From positions 1 to 57,855 of the forward strand of contig CANNLR010000001.1 in NCBI GenBank assembly GCA_947505635.1: a DNA stretch of 57,855 nt. The letters are read 5' to 3'. This DNA comes from Chlamydiota bacterium. GTDB lineage: Bacteria > Chlamydiota > Chlamydiia > Chlamydiales > Rhabdochlamydiaceae. The notes beneath the pieces were generated by a model. It saw only the letters and a program-made list of their open reading frames with translations. It had not been told where the DNA came from and did not search any database. The position numbers were made by a program, and so were the translations under genes. Positions 1 to 9,492 of this stretch are shown here, piece by piece; the stretch's first letter is position 1; every line of letters begins with the position of its first letter.

Positions 1-772
1 AAAAAGGCCCTGCTGGAGTGATTTTGGTTTCAACGGGAAGCCCTTGCTCTTTTAAAAATAAGACTAATTTTTCAGCTATTTGTTTTTGGTTTTCTGTAAG
101 ATAGAAAATAGCAGAACGATATTGCTCTCCAATGTCGGGTCCTTGTCGCATTTTTTGTGTGGGATCGTGGATTTCAAAGAACAGTTTTGCCATCTCTTTA
201 TAACTGATGATTTTTGGATTAAAAACAACTTCGACGGCTTCTGCGTGTCCTGTTAGGCCCGTACAGACTTCTTCATAGGTTGCATTTGTAACATGCCCCC
301 CTATATATCCAGCTTTTGTATATAAAACACCTTGTGGCTCTTTAAGTAGATGTTGAAGACCCCAAAAACACCCTCCTGCAAAAAGGGCTCTTTCATGCCC
401 CTCGGAGGTAAAGGCTGAGACAAAGGATAGGGAAAGGGAATTTACGCAGTGTCTAGTATTTGTAGCAGTGAAATGCTCCCCTGTAAAAACATGGCCAAGA
501 TGTCCATGACAGCGATTACATAGGATTTCTGTTCGATAGCCATCTTGGTCTGGAATCTTTTGCACATGATTTGAAATTTCTTCATCGAAACTCGGCCATC
601 CGCACTGTGAAGAGAATTTATTTTGAGAAAGATAGAGAGGATGATCACATTTTTTGCAGACAAAAACCCCTATTTTATGAAAGTCATTGTACAAGCCGCT
701 ATGGGGTTTTTCTGTCTGCTTATGGATAATAATTTCTTTTTCTTCAGAGGAAAGAGAGTGATATCGAAACAT
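1..772 (-). CDS. msrAB: Bifunctional methionine sulfoxide reductase MsrB-MsrA (3' end runs off the window)
   Basis: Manual translation from ATG at 772 (not in the ORF track). MsrB motifs CGWPSF, RTEI..C..C.GHLGHVF and RHCVNS are followed by MsrA motifs [24 protein letters not shown] and [11 protein letters not shown]. Confidence 0.93.
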   Translation of the reverse strand, partial: MFRYHSLSSEEKEIIIHKQTEKPHSGLYNDFHKIGVFVCKKCDHPLYLSQNKFSSQCGWPSFDEEISNHVQKIPDQDGYRTEILCNRCHGHLGHVFTGEHFTATNTRHCVNSLSLSFVSAFTSEGHERALFAGGCFWGLQHLLKEPQGVLYTKAGYIGGHVTNATYEEVCTGLTGHAEAVEVVFNPKIISYKEMAKLFFEIHDPTQKMRQGPDIGEQYRSAIFYLTENQKQIAEKLVLFLKEQGLPVETKITPAGPF

Positions 773-799
773 GTACTGTTCTTTAGCTAGAGTTTTGGG

Positions 800-1870
800 T
801 TAAGGAAAAAGGTCTGCTAAGGAATTTCCAACAGGAGTTTTTCTGATGGCAGTACCTAATAGAGGGGCTACAGAAATGGAGCGAATATTAGAAGGGGCGC
901 TTTCGCGCAGGGGGATGGTGTCTGCTATGACCATTTCCTCTATAATGGAATTTCCAATTTCCTCTAAGGTGTTATTTGAGAATACAGGATGTGTAACTAT
1001 GGCAAAGATCCTTCGAGCTCCTTGTTCGTGAAGTAGTTGCGCTGCTTTAATCAAAGTATCTGCCGTATAACAGATATCATCTACTAGGATCACATCTGCA
1101 TCTTGTACATTCCCTACTAAAGTAAGGGATTGAACTTTTCCGAATGCTCCGCGTTGTTTTGTAACAACGGCCATCTCGGTCGGGATACCATATGTTTCTA
1201 ATCCCTCTGCAAATTTTTTAGCCCTCTCTATATCCTCAATATCAGGAGAAACAACAACGACATTGGAAAGATCTTTTACTGCGAAGTAAGGAACAAATAA
1301 AGAAGCAGCATAGAGATTGTCAACAGGGGTATTGCGGAAAAATCCTTGAATTTGTCCTCCATGGAGGTCTAGGGTGGCAACGCGATCTACTCCAGCGACT
1401 TCTAAAAATAGAGCTATATCAGAGGTGGAGACGGGAGCTCTTTGATGGAGTCTCTTATCTTGGCGAGTATATCCATAATAGGGGATAATTGCTGTGATGC
1501 TGGCAGCAGAAGCTCTTTTCATTGTTCGGACAAGCAGATAGAGCTCCATTAGATTGTCATTGAGGTTTTGTCCTGAAGAGCTGCAGCTTGATTGTAGAAT
1601 AAGCACATTTTTACCTCGAATGCTATCTTCTTTGGGAAAACAGATTTCTGTGTCGTTGATTTTTTTTAAGATAACTGAGCCTAAAGTGGTGCCAAGATAG
1701 TTCGCTATTTTTTCTGCTAAGGGGAGATTGGTATTGCCGGAAAACAAAATTGTCTGGTGATCGAATGTATCTCCTTTTGAGGGAGAGTCAAAGCACTGGA
1801 AAGAATTAGCTATACAAAAGTTTGTAAAAAAAACTAAACTAATTACTAAGGTTGAGAATAGTTTGTTCAT
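800..1870 (-). CDS. prs: Ribose-phosphate pyrophosphokinase-like protein with signal-peptide-like leader and degenerate motifs
   Basis: Motifs FSGNTN..LA, IPYYGYTRQD, DLH..QIQGFF and VVSPD. Probable start is MNKLF at 1870 (GGAG upstream); the ORF track starts at 1912. Confidence 0.85.
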   Translation of the reverse strand: MNKLFSTLVISLVFFTNFCIANSFQCFDSPSKGDTFDHQTILFSGNTNLPLAEKIANYLGTTLGSVILKKINDTEICFPKEDSIRGKNVLILQSSCSSSGQNLNDNLMELYLLVRTMKRASAASITAIIPYYGYTRQDKRLHQRAPVSTSDIALFLEVAGVDRVATLDLHGGQIQGFFRNTPVDNLYAASLFVPYFAVKDLSNVVVVSPDIEDIERAKKFAEGLETYGIPTEMAVVTKQRGAFGKVQSLTLVGNVQDADVILVDDICYTADTLIKAAQLLHEQGARRIFAIVTHPVFSNNTLEEIGNSIIEEMVIADTIPLRESAPSNIRSISVAPLLGTAIRKTPVGNSLADLFP

Positions 1871-2028
1871 GTTTCTCCATTTTTTTACATAAAATAACAG
1901 TAATGTCATCATGCTTTTTTTTACACGTTTTGTTATTAAATTAATATAGTATAGTTAATGTTTTTTTAGAGAGAATGAATGAAGAAAGATTATCAATCAA
2001 TAAAAATTTCTGTTACACAGGAGGGAAG

Positions 2029-2355
2029 ATGAAGAAAATGTTTAGCCTATTGGGTTTGGCTTTTATTTTTTTTATATTTGTAGGATATTCTGACCTAGAA
2101 TCGTTTAGTAAAAATTCGATAAAGGAGTTGGATAATCAGATAGAATCTTTAGAAATTATGAGAAAACAGTATCAAAAGAATATCAAAGAACATCTGAACC
2201 TAGCTCATAGATGGCAAAAAAATGAAGATTTAGCTTTAGAATCTAGAAGAGAATATGCTTTGGCTGAACATCAAAAAGATAAGATGCATATTGTAGAAAA
2301 AAAAATAGAAAGATTAAAAAAAGAAAAGATGTCAAAGGAAAGTCAGGAAAAATAA
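2029..2355 (+). CDS. Small exported coiled-coil hypothetical protein
   Basis: GGAGGG SD, then MKKMFSLLGLAFIFFIFVG hydrophobic leader and a K/E-rich heptad region. Confidence 0.65.
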   Translation: MKKMFSLLGLAFIFFIFVGYSDLESFSKNSIKELDNQIESLEIMRKQYQKNIKEHLNLAHRWQKNEDLALESRREYALAEHQKDKMHIVEKKIERLKKEKMSKESQEK

Positions 2356-3236
2356 GAGAGGAAGACTTTACTGCTTTTGCGCAGATGAGCTCCACGTAAA
2401 AAGATAGCGCTGATTCTGTATTGATGTCTTTCTATTCCGAAATCACAAGGCTCCAAAAGGTTTTTGTATTTTATTCCGATATAATCAGGTAGGTAACCAA
2501 CCCCTAAGCCTTCTTCTACAAGACTGGCTACAAGCTCCCAATTGCTGACTTCTAGGATGGTAGTGAGTTTTTTTTCGTATTTCTTGTAATAGGATTCGCT
2601 CAAAAGGGAGGTTTCTTTGTGATGAGAGGGAGTTAAGATAAATCCTAGTTTCTTTTGATCAGATCGTTTGATTTTATTAGAAGCATATAGATGAAAACTT
2701 CCTGAGTAGATGGTTTGCTTTTCAAACTTAGAAAGATCTTCTTCATAAAATTGACATTGTTCATTTTGACAAATTTCTAAGGGTAGAATTCCAAAATCCA
2801 CAGCTCCAGTTTTTACTTGTTCTATAATAATGGGGCTTTCTCCTAAGTAGAAATTCACCTTAGCATTGAGGTGTTCTTGCTGAAACCTTTTAATATAAGG
2901 GGGGATGACGGCTAGAGCAAAACTAGGAGTGCAGGCAAATTCTAATGTTTCTGTGAGAATAGATTGATCTTGTAAGAGGGTGTGATGAAATTGTTTAATA
3001 CTTTCTAAAACTTTTAAAGCCTCTTGAAAAGCCATCTCTCCTTGAGGGGTAAGTTGTAACTTATTAGGGTGGTGGATAAGAAGAGAGGTGTTTAAAGTTT
3101 TTTCTAGCTTTGAAATGCCCTGGCTAATAGCAGATTGCGTAACAAAATTTGCTTTTGCCGCTGCAGAAAGACCCCCTAATCGAATAGAGTCGCAAAAATA
3201 CTTTAGAGTGGTAAGGCTTAAAAGTTCTTGTTTCAT
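2343..3236 (-). CDS. LysR-family transcriptional regulator
   Basis: N-terminal HTH (SAAAKANFVTQSAISQGISKLEK); 297 aa; divergent from the transporter operon. Confidence 0.93.
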   Translation of the reverse strand: MKQELLSLTTLKYFCDSIRLGGLSAAAKANFVTQSAISQGISKLEKTLNTSLLIHHPNKLQLTPQGEMAFQEALKVLESIKQFHHTLLQDQSILTETLEFACTPSFALAVIPPYIKRFQQEHLNAKVNFYLGESPIIIEQVKTGAVDFGILPLEICQNEQCQFYEEDLSKFEKQTIYSGSFHLYASNKIKRSDQKKLGFILTPSHHKETSLLSESYYKKYEKKLTTILEVSNWELVASLVEEGLGVGYLPDYIGIKYKNLLEPCDFGIERHQYRISAIFLRGAHLRKSSKVFLSYFS

Positions 3237-3336
3237 ATATCATTAGAATATCTTAATCTAAGGTTAAAATCTATTCATTTTTCTAAATCTCCGATTTAGG
3301 GTAACCTAGTATTACCTAAAAAGTTTAAGGGATACG

Positions 3337-4707
3337 ATGAGTTTTGCTTTACGTTTTTTAAAATCCGCCCCAATCACGCCAGAGATAACTGATTTAGAGC
3401 ATGTTAAGGTTAAATACAAGCATTGGCGTGTTCGTATCTTATATTCAATGTTCTTGGGGTATGTCTTTTATTATTTTACTCGTAAAAGTTTTGCTTTTGC
3501 TATGCCTGCTATTATGGTTGAGCTTAATTTAGATAAAGGGGATTTAGGCTTAATAGGAACCATCTTCTCTTTAACCTACGGAATTAGTAAATTTTTTAGT
3601 GGGGTTCTTTCAGATCAGGCCAATCCTCGATATTTTATGGCTTTAGGTCTCATTTTAACGGGTATTTTTAATATTTTATTTGGTTTTTCCTCGTCCTTAT
3701 TCTTATTTACTGTGTTTTGGGGATTAAATGCTTGGTTTCAAGGGTTCGGATGGCCTCCTTGTGTTAAGCTGCTCTCTTATTGGTATTCTCATTCAGAACG
3801 AGGTTCTTGGTGGTCTATATGGGCCCTTTCTCAAAACGTGGGTAGCATTTTAGCTGTTGGAATTGTAACATTTTGTTTAGTTCAATTCGGTTGGCGCTGG
3901 GCTATGTTTATCCCGGGCGTATTGTCTATTATGGGTGGATTATTTTTACTTAATCGATTATCAGATATCCCTCAAACCCTAGGGCTTCCTCCTATAGAAA
4001 AGTTTCGTAATGATTACGCAGACACTAAAAAAACAGAAGAACATCAAGAGAAGCTTTCCAGTAAACAGCTAGTTTCTAGTGTTCTAAAAAATAAATATAT
4101 TTGGCTATTAGCTGTTGCTTATTTTTTTGTTTATTTCATTCGGACCGGGATAGGCGACTGGACGACACTTTTTATGATGGAATCTAAGGGATATAGTCAA
4201 GTGGGAGCTAGCGGAATAGCTTCTCTTTTTGATATAGGGGGCTTTTTAGGAGGTTTTTCAGCAGGTTGGCTGTCAGACCGTGCTTTTAGAGCTAAAAGAG
4301 GGCCTGTAAATGCCTTATTTGCCCTTTTGCTTTTTGTTTCTGTTGGAAGTGTGTGGTTTATTCCCGGAGGACATGCTTGGATGGATTCTTGTATGGTATT
4401 TATGATCGGTTTTGCAACGTTTGGACCTCAGATGCTTATTGGGGTTGCTGTTGCTGAATTTGCGCATAAACAGGCTTCTGCAACGGCTACAGGTCTGGCT
4501 AGTTGGATTGCTTACCTAGGATCTGCTTTAGCAGGATATCCTTTGGGAAAAGTATTAGATTGTTTGAGTTGGGAAGGTTTTTTTATTTGTATGGAAATTT
4601 CGGCTTTATGTTCAGTTCTGCTCTTACTGCCTCTTTGGAATACAACTAAAGAAAGTGTTCTTTCCAGAGTTAAGAAAACTCTTAAAGAAGAAGAGGTGGC
4701 TACGTGA
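3337..4707 (+). CDS. uhpC: MFS sugar-phosphate transporter (UhpC/GlpT family)
   Basis: GYVFYYFTRKSF, QGFGWPPC, ERGSWW and FGPQMLIG motifs; about 12 TM segments. Confidence 0.9.
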   Translation: MSFALRFLKSAPITPEITDLEHVKVKYKHWRVRILYSMFLGYVFYYFTRKSFAFAMPAIMVELNLDKGDLGLIGTIFSLTYGISKFFSGVLSDQANPRYFMALGLILTGIFNILFGFSSSLFLFTVFWGLNAWFQGFGWPPCVKLLSYWYSHSERGSWWSIWALSQNVGSILAVGIVTFCLVQFGWRWAMFIPGVLSIMGGLFLLNRLSDIPQTLGLPPIEKFRNDYADTKKTEEHQEKLSSKQLVSSVLKNKYIWLLAVAYFFVYFIRTGIGDWTTLFMMESKGYSQVGASGIASLFDIGGFLGGFSAGWLSDRAFRAKRGPVNALFALLLFVSVGSVWFIPGGHAWMDSCMVFMIGFATFGPQMLIGVAVAEFAHKQASATATGLASWIAYLGSALAGYPLGKVLDCLSWEGFFICMEISALCSVLLLLPLWNTTKESVLSRVKKTLKEEEVAT

Positions 4708-5909
4708 TCCCTTGTGATATAAAAAAAACAATTTCTTTGAGCAAGCTTTGTACAGGGATCTCTATGGTATTTGGCACTACTGTTGGGGCTGGAATGCTAG
4801 GGATACCCTCTTTAATGGCTGGGGTAAATTTTGGGTCTGCTTGTTATGTAACGGCCCTTGTATGGGTTTTTATGGCGGTTACAGGCCTTTTACTGTTAGA
4901 GGTGACTCTTAAAATGCCGGCAGGAGCCAATTTAATTTCTCTTTCAGGAAGGTTCCTCGGACGTAAAGGAAAATGGATTGCAGGAATTTTATTTTTATTC
5001 CTCTATTATTGCCTTCTTGTCGCTTATTTTGCTGGGGGAGCTCCTCTTTTAGGTCAGGTGGTCTCTTTGTTAGGAATTACTCTTGCACCTTCTTTAGCAA
5101 AAATCCTTTTCCTTCTTTTATTTGGGGGGGTCATTTTATTAGGGGTGCGATTCATTAGCAAAGTGAATTTTTTATTGGCTATTGGAATGTTTATTTCCTA
5201 TGCGATTTTAATCACTTTAGGGAGTGCTAATATACAAATGGAAGCGCTTTCTTCTTGGAAGTTTTCTTTTGCAACAGCTGCAATCCCTGTATTATTTAGC
5301 GCTTTTGGATTTCACAACATTGTCCCTTCCTTAACAAATTACCTGGATAAAGAGAAGAAGACCTTACAGATATCGATTGTTGGGGGAACTTTTTTAGCGT
5401 TTGTTTTTTATCTTGTATGGATTGGTTTGGTTTTAGGGGCTGTTCCCATTTCAGCTTTAGAAGAAGCAAGGACTCTTGGGGTTCCAGTTACCTATGCTTT
5501 ACAAGCAGCCTCAGGAGGACAGTCGCTCTATATATGGGGACAAGTATTTGCTTTTTTTGCTTTAACTACTTCTTTTTTAGGGGTAAGTTTTTCTTTTGTT
5601 GATTTCATTCGAGATGGATTTAAGGAAAATAAAAAGAGAGTTAGTCGGTTTATATGTTGTTTGTGTACTCTTATTCCTCCCTTTGTGTGTGTATTATTAA
5701 AGCCCTCTCTTTTTGAAGAAGCTCTTGGTGTTGCGGGTGGTTTTGGAGAATCCATTTTAAATGGACTATTACCGGTGGCTCTTTTTGTAAAGATGCGGCA
5801 ATCCTTACAAAAACCTAATTCCTATAGTCTGAAGGCCCTTCTTATATTTTTGGTTGTATTTAGCCTTTTTGTGATCGGTGTTGAAGGTTACGAACTACTG
5901 TCTTATTAA
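4704..5909 (+). CDS. tyrP: Aromatic amino acid permease (TyrP/Mtr family)
   Basis: GTTVGAGMLGIP, FGFHNIVPSL and TTSFLGV motifs; GTG start overlaps the uhpC stop. Confidence 0.85.
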   Translation: MIPCDIKKTISLSKLCTGISMVFGTTVGAGMLGIPSLMAGVNFGSACYVTALVWVFMAVTGLLLLEVTLKMPAGANLISLSGRFLGRKGKWIAGILFLFLYYCLLVAYFAGGAPLLGQVVSLLGITLAPSLAKILFLLLFGGVILLGVRFISKVNFLLAIGMFISYAILITLGSANIQMEALSSWKFSFATAAIPVLFSAFGFHNIVPSLTNYLDKEKKTLQISIVGGTFLAFVFYLVWIGLVLGAVPISALEEARTLGVPVTYALQAASGGQSLYIWGQVFAFFALTTSFLGVSFSFVDFIRDGFKENKKRVSRFICCLCTLIPPFVCVLLKPSLFEEALGVAGGFGESILNGLLPVALFVKMRQSLQKPNSYSLKALLIFLVVFSLFVIGVEGYELLSY

Positions 5910-5933
5910 TTTTTTTAGGTATAGATTTTTTAT

Positions 5934-6908
5934 ATGATGCACTTTCTTCCGCTCCTTGAAAATGGAGAAGATAAAACTTCTCCCTTGAAAAATAGAATCA
6001 GAAAAAATTATCAACACTTGCGGAAGTGGGCGAAGAAAACAGAGACAAATGCTTTTCGCATCTATGATAAAGACATTAAAGAATATCCTGTTGCGATAGA
6101 TTTTTATGATGGGCGCTTTTCTGTTCATTACTTTGCAGGTTCTCGAGAAGAAGAAGAACCTAAAGAAGAGCTTTATCATTTGGTAATGGATACGCTTAAG
6201 TCCCTTTTTAATGTGAAAGAAGAAGATGTCTATTGGAGAACAAGGATTAAAAGAGAAGAAAAAGAACAGTATTCTAAAGCAGAAGATTCGCAAGAGTTTT
6301 TTGCAGTATTAGAGCATGGTGTTAAGTTTAAAGTGAACTTAAGAGACTACTTAGATACCGGGCTTTTTTTAGATCATAGAGAGACAAGACAACTCGTAGC
6401 TAAAGAATCTGAAGGGAAAAGTCTACTAAATCTTTTTGCCTATACAGGTGCTTTTAGTGTGCAAGCGGCAGTAGCTGGAGCTACTTCCACCAAAACTGTA
6501 GATATGTCAAATACCTATCTTGAGTGGGCCTACGATAATTTCTTACTGAATAACCTGCCCTTAGAAAGTAATACCCTTGTTCGTGAAGATTGCCTAAAGT
6601 TTTTAGAAAGTGAATCTCACTCCAAGAATAGATATGATGTAATTGTCATAGACCCCCCAACGATTTCCCGTTCTAAAAAAATGGATCAATTTTTCGATAT
6701 TCAAATCGATTACATCTTTCTTCTTTCTTCAGCTCTTCAGCTTTTAAAAGAAAATGGGGTGATCTTTTTTAGTACAAACTCTCGTAAATTCACCTTTGAT
6801 GTAACACAGTTTCCCAACTGCTCCATCATGGATATCTCTAAAAAAACCATCCCTATGGACTTTCATAGTGCAAAAATTCATAGATGTTGGAAAATATCTG
6901 TTTGTTGA
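5934..6908 (+). CDS. 23S rRNA SAM-dependent methyltransferase, stand-alone RlmK-like domain
   Basis: FRIYD.DI, DYLDTGLFLDHRETR, LNLFAYTG and VIDPPT motifs. Confidence 0.85.
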   Translation: MMHFLPLLENGEDKTSPLKNRIRKNYQHLRKWAKKTETNAFRIYDKDIKEYPVAIDFYDGRFSVHYFAGSREEEEPKEELYHLVMDTLKSLFNVKEEDVYWRTRIKREEKEQYSKAEDSQEFFAVLEHGVKFKVNLRDYLDTGLFLDHRETRQLVAKESEGKSLLNLFAYTGAFSVQAAVAGATSTKTVDMSNTYLEWAYDNFLLNNLPLESNTLVREDCLKFLESESHSKNRYDVIVIDPPTISRSKKMDQFFDIQIDYIFLLSSALQLLKENGVIFFSTNSRKFTFDVTQFPNCSIMDISKKTIPMDFHSAKIHRCWKISVC

Positions 6909-7654
6909 AGAAGCTCTTTAACTCTAGGAATCCTTTGGGAAATATCAATATTTTGACCTTGAATGTTATAAGAAAAAACATAAGTGCAATTTTCTTTTTC
7001 TATCCAACCTACAAACCAGCCAAGTATTCCTTCTTTTCCTTTACCTGTTCCTGTTTTTCCAAACAGTTTCCATCCACTCTGTAATTCTTCTTTAAACAAA
7101 AGTACTTTTGTCCTTTGAATGGCATTTTGGGAAATAGGAAGTTTTTCGTTAATCATTTTCTGGATAAAATCAACCTGTTCTTTTTGAGAAATTTCTAAAG
7201 AAGAATTTATCCATGCAGGATTTGTTGAGCCAAGTTTTTCTAATCCTCCAGATAGGTCTTGATTCCCATATTCTAATAGGGCTAAATAGCTTTGAATTTT
7301 TTCTAATCCTAATTCGTAAGCTAGTAGCTTAGAATACCAGACGCAGGACTCTTTCATCCAAGATGTTGGATTTTGAGGAGCCCTCCATGATTCCAGGTAG
7401 GTATCGTAGCCTTCTTGAAAAGCCCAATTTGGGTTTTTTTCATCTTTTAAAATTTCTGCATCATATCCCATCAAACTTAATACGATTTTAAAAGTAGAAC
7501 AAGGACTAGCCCGTTCATGGGTAGAAGTTCCTATTTCACATACTATTTCTTTCGATGAGCCATCAATAAGAAGGAAGCTTTCCTCTGCTGTCAAAGGGCT
7601 TGTTGAGATATAAGCGAAGGATAGGATTAAGATTGAAAATATATAGCTTAGCAT
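6878..7654 (-). CDS. Class D (OXA-type) serine beta-lactamase
   Basis: Signal peptide plus all class D motifs: PCSTFK, SCV, YGN, W, KTG and GWFVGW. Confidence 0.88.
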   Translation of the reverse strand: MLSYIFSILILSFAYISTSPLTAEESFLLIDGSSKEIVCEIGTSTHERASPCSTFKIVLSLMGYDAEILKDEKNPNWAFQEGYDTYLESWRAPQNPTSWMKESCVWYSKLLAYELGLEKIQSYLALLEYGNQDLSGGLEKLGSTNPAWINSSLEISQKEQVDFIQKMINEKLPISQNAIQRTKVLLFKEELQSGWKLFGKTGTGKGKEGILGWFVGWIEKENCTYVFSYNIQGQNIDISQRIPRVKELLQQTDIFQHL

Positions 7655-7719
7655 TAGCAATTCCTAGTTAAGTATGAAGGGTTAATCTTGTTTATTTTAA
7701 GGGGCTTTAGGGTAACAAT

Positions 7720-9174
7720 CTAAAATTGTTCGTCTAATAACTGACCAAAATCGATTATTTTATCAAAATATCTCTCATCTAAAACACTTTCTTCTACTCC
7801 ATTTACATGAATGAGCACAGGTCGGATAGAGCAGTTTTTGGGGATTTTCAAACTCTTTCTTTTTTTTTCCATTTCTTCGATAATTTTATAGCCAACTAAG
7901 TTCTTGGAGAACTTGATCTCACATACATATAGATTAAGGAAGCGAGTTTGAATCATGTAGTCAATTTGACACCCAGCTTGCTTGGTTGTAGAATTCTGAA
8001 AAAATGGACCTTCCATTATTATTTCTTGTGGAGAGATTCCTAACATTTTCCAAAGAGTTTTTCTGTTATGGACAACAAGATTCTCGAACTGCAATCCCAT
8101 TATGCCTTCCCACCCTGGAAGCTGAGTCATTAAAGTGGAAAAGTTTTCTTTTTCGATGTTAGAACGATTAGGAGCTATATATTTTAAATAAAAACGCAAA
8201 TAATTATCACTTAAACGAAAACGGCTTAGTTTCCCTTCTTTTCCATTTTTCAGATCCCAGGTAAAGTCTCTTTTTACAAAGCCTGCCTTTACCAATTCAT
8301 CTAGATGGTTACTGAAGACTCCTCCTAAGCTTTTTCCTAATTCATTACAAATTTGGATAAGCTCTTTTGGTCCATTAGCAAGACAAAGGACAATTTCTTT
8401 ATGTCTAGCTTTAGTACGAGAAAAAAGATCCGAGAAGATTTCATCAAACTCTCGCACAAGCAAACCTCCTTTAGTAAAGCAAAGTTCTTGAATATTTTGT
8501 TCTGAAGGAAGATTTGGTTTGAGTTGTTCCAGATAGAGGGGAACGCCTCCGGTCACAGATAAAAGCTTGAATTTTTCATAAGAGGTAATGCGCTTTTCTT
8601 TTGGATGCCAAAAAGCATTACAAACCTCTAGAGGAAGTTCTTCAAGTGTAAGATCGAGAGTAATTCTTCCTAGAAATCCTGTATTGCTGAGGATGTTTTT
8701 TTCAATCCATGAAGATACGGATCCGCAAAGTGCAATAATTAAGTTTGGATTCTTGCTAAAATACATATCCCAAGCAGTTTTTAAGTGGCCTAAGAAATGA
8801 GGATCTTTTCCTCCCATCCATGAGATCTCATCGAATACAATAAGGATTTGACCTTTTGTAACTTCCTTGGAAAGGTGCCAGAAGAGATTACTCCAGTCAT
8901 CGGGACTGATCCCAGGAATACCAGTTCTCTCTAGCTGGCGTGCAAAGTCATTACGCTGAGTTTGGGCTGTTGTCTTGGGAGCCGGGGGATTTCCAGAAAA
9001 GAAGTAACTTTTCATTTCTTTTCCAAATTCTGCAAGAAGTCTGCTTTTTCCAATACGTCTTCTACCTCTAACAACAATAAGACTGGCACTTTTTTTATCT
9101 AAAAGTCCTTTAAGTCTAAGCAACTCTGCTTTACGTCCTATAAACTGGGCTGGTTTCACTAGGTTCTCCTGCAT
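7720..9174 (-). CDS. Archaeal-type AAA ATPase with wHTH and C-terminal PD-(D/E)XK-like domain
   Basis: FIGRKAEL, Walker A GRRRIGKS, Walker B IVFDEI, GGVPLYL, DNYLRFY and QID...CEIK. Probable start MQENL at 9174. Confidence 0.85.
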   Translation of the reverse strand: MQENLVKPAQFIGRKAELLRLKGLLDKKSASLIVVRGRRRIGKSRLLAEFGKEMKSYFFSGNPPAPKTTAQTQRNDFARQLERTGIPGISPDDWSNLFWHLSKEVTKGQILIVFDEISWMGGKDPHFLGHLKTAWDMYFSKNPNLIIALCGSVSSWIEKNILSNTGFLGRITLDLTLEELPLEVCNAFWHPKEKRITSYEKFKLLSVTGGVPLYLEQLKPNLPSEQNIQELCFTKGGLLVREFDEIFSDLFSRTKARHKEIVLCLANGPKELIQICNELGKSLGGVFSNHLDELVKAGFVKRDFTWDLKNGKEGKLSRFRLSDNYLRFYLKYIAPNRSNIEKENFSTLMTQLPGWEGIMGLQFENLVVHNRKTLWKMLGISPQEIIMEGPFFQNSTTKQAGCQIDYMIQTRFLNLYVCEIKFSKNLVGYKIIEEMEKKRKSLKIPKNCSIRPVLIHVNGVEESVLDERYFDKIIDFGQLLDEQF

Positions 9175-9208
9175 TTTATTCCATGAGTATACTGTTTTTT
9201 TGATGAAT

Positions 9209-9310
9209 AAATCAAGCAGCAAATGGCATAAATAGCTGTTTGCTGCTTGATTTTTGCCCAAGAAAAAGTAGCAGCAAATAGCATAAATAGCTGTTTGCTG
9301 CTTGATTTTT
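9209..9310. repeat. Two tandem copies (55-bp period) of a long palindrome
   Basis: Copy 1 is AAATCAAGCAGCAAA-TGGCATAAATAGCTG-TTTGCTGCTTGATTT. Copy 2 is AGCAGCAAA-TAGCATAAATAGCTG-TTTGCTGCTTGATTTTT. Confidence 0.9.
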
Positions 9311-9492
9311 ATGTCTGTTGAGAATCGTTAACTTTGTTAAATCTTTAATTATAAAGGTTTTGCTCGGCTGTGTGGTTACTTTCTACAGATGTAAAGGATG
9401 TCGGCGCCGGGGATTAAGAAATATTAAATGAATTTTTATTGAAAGGGGTTTTATAATCAGGCATAATGGGCAGATTGAATTTGGAGGTCTTT

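Noticed and set aside
442..663. 73-aa ORF from the track
   Set aside because: It is an alternative frame inside msrBA (1-772).
6878..7654. OXA-like protein as the detached sensor domain of the M56 protease
   Set aside because: It has SxV (lactamase type) rather than SxN, lies 24 kb away and has no operator upstream.
9209..9310. Mini CRISPR array
   Set aside because: Only two units, the spacer is far too short, and there are no cas genes in the window.
9384..9393. TACA-GA-TGTA, a possible BlaI site linking the regulon to the beta-lactamase
   Set aside because: It lacks the TAC/GTA flanks of the two real operators and is 1.7 kb from the bla start. Roughly two such cores are expected by chance in a window of this size and composition.
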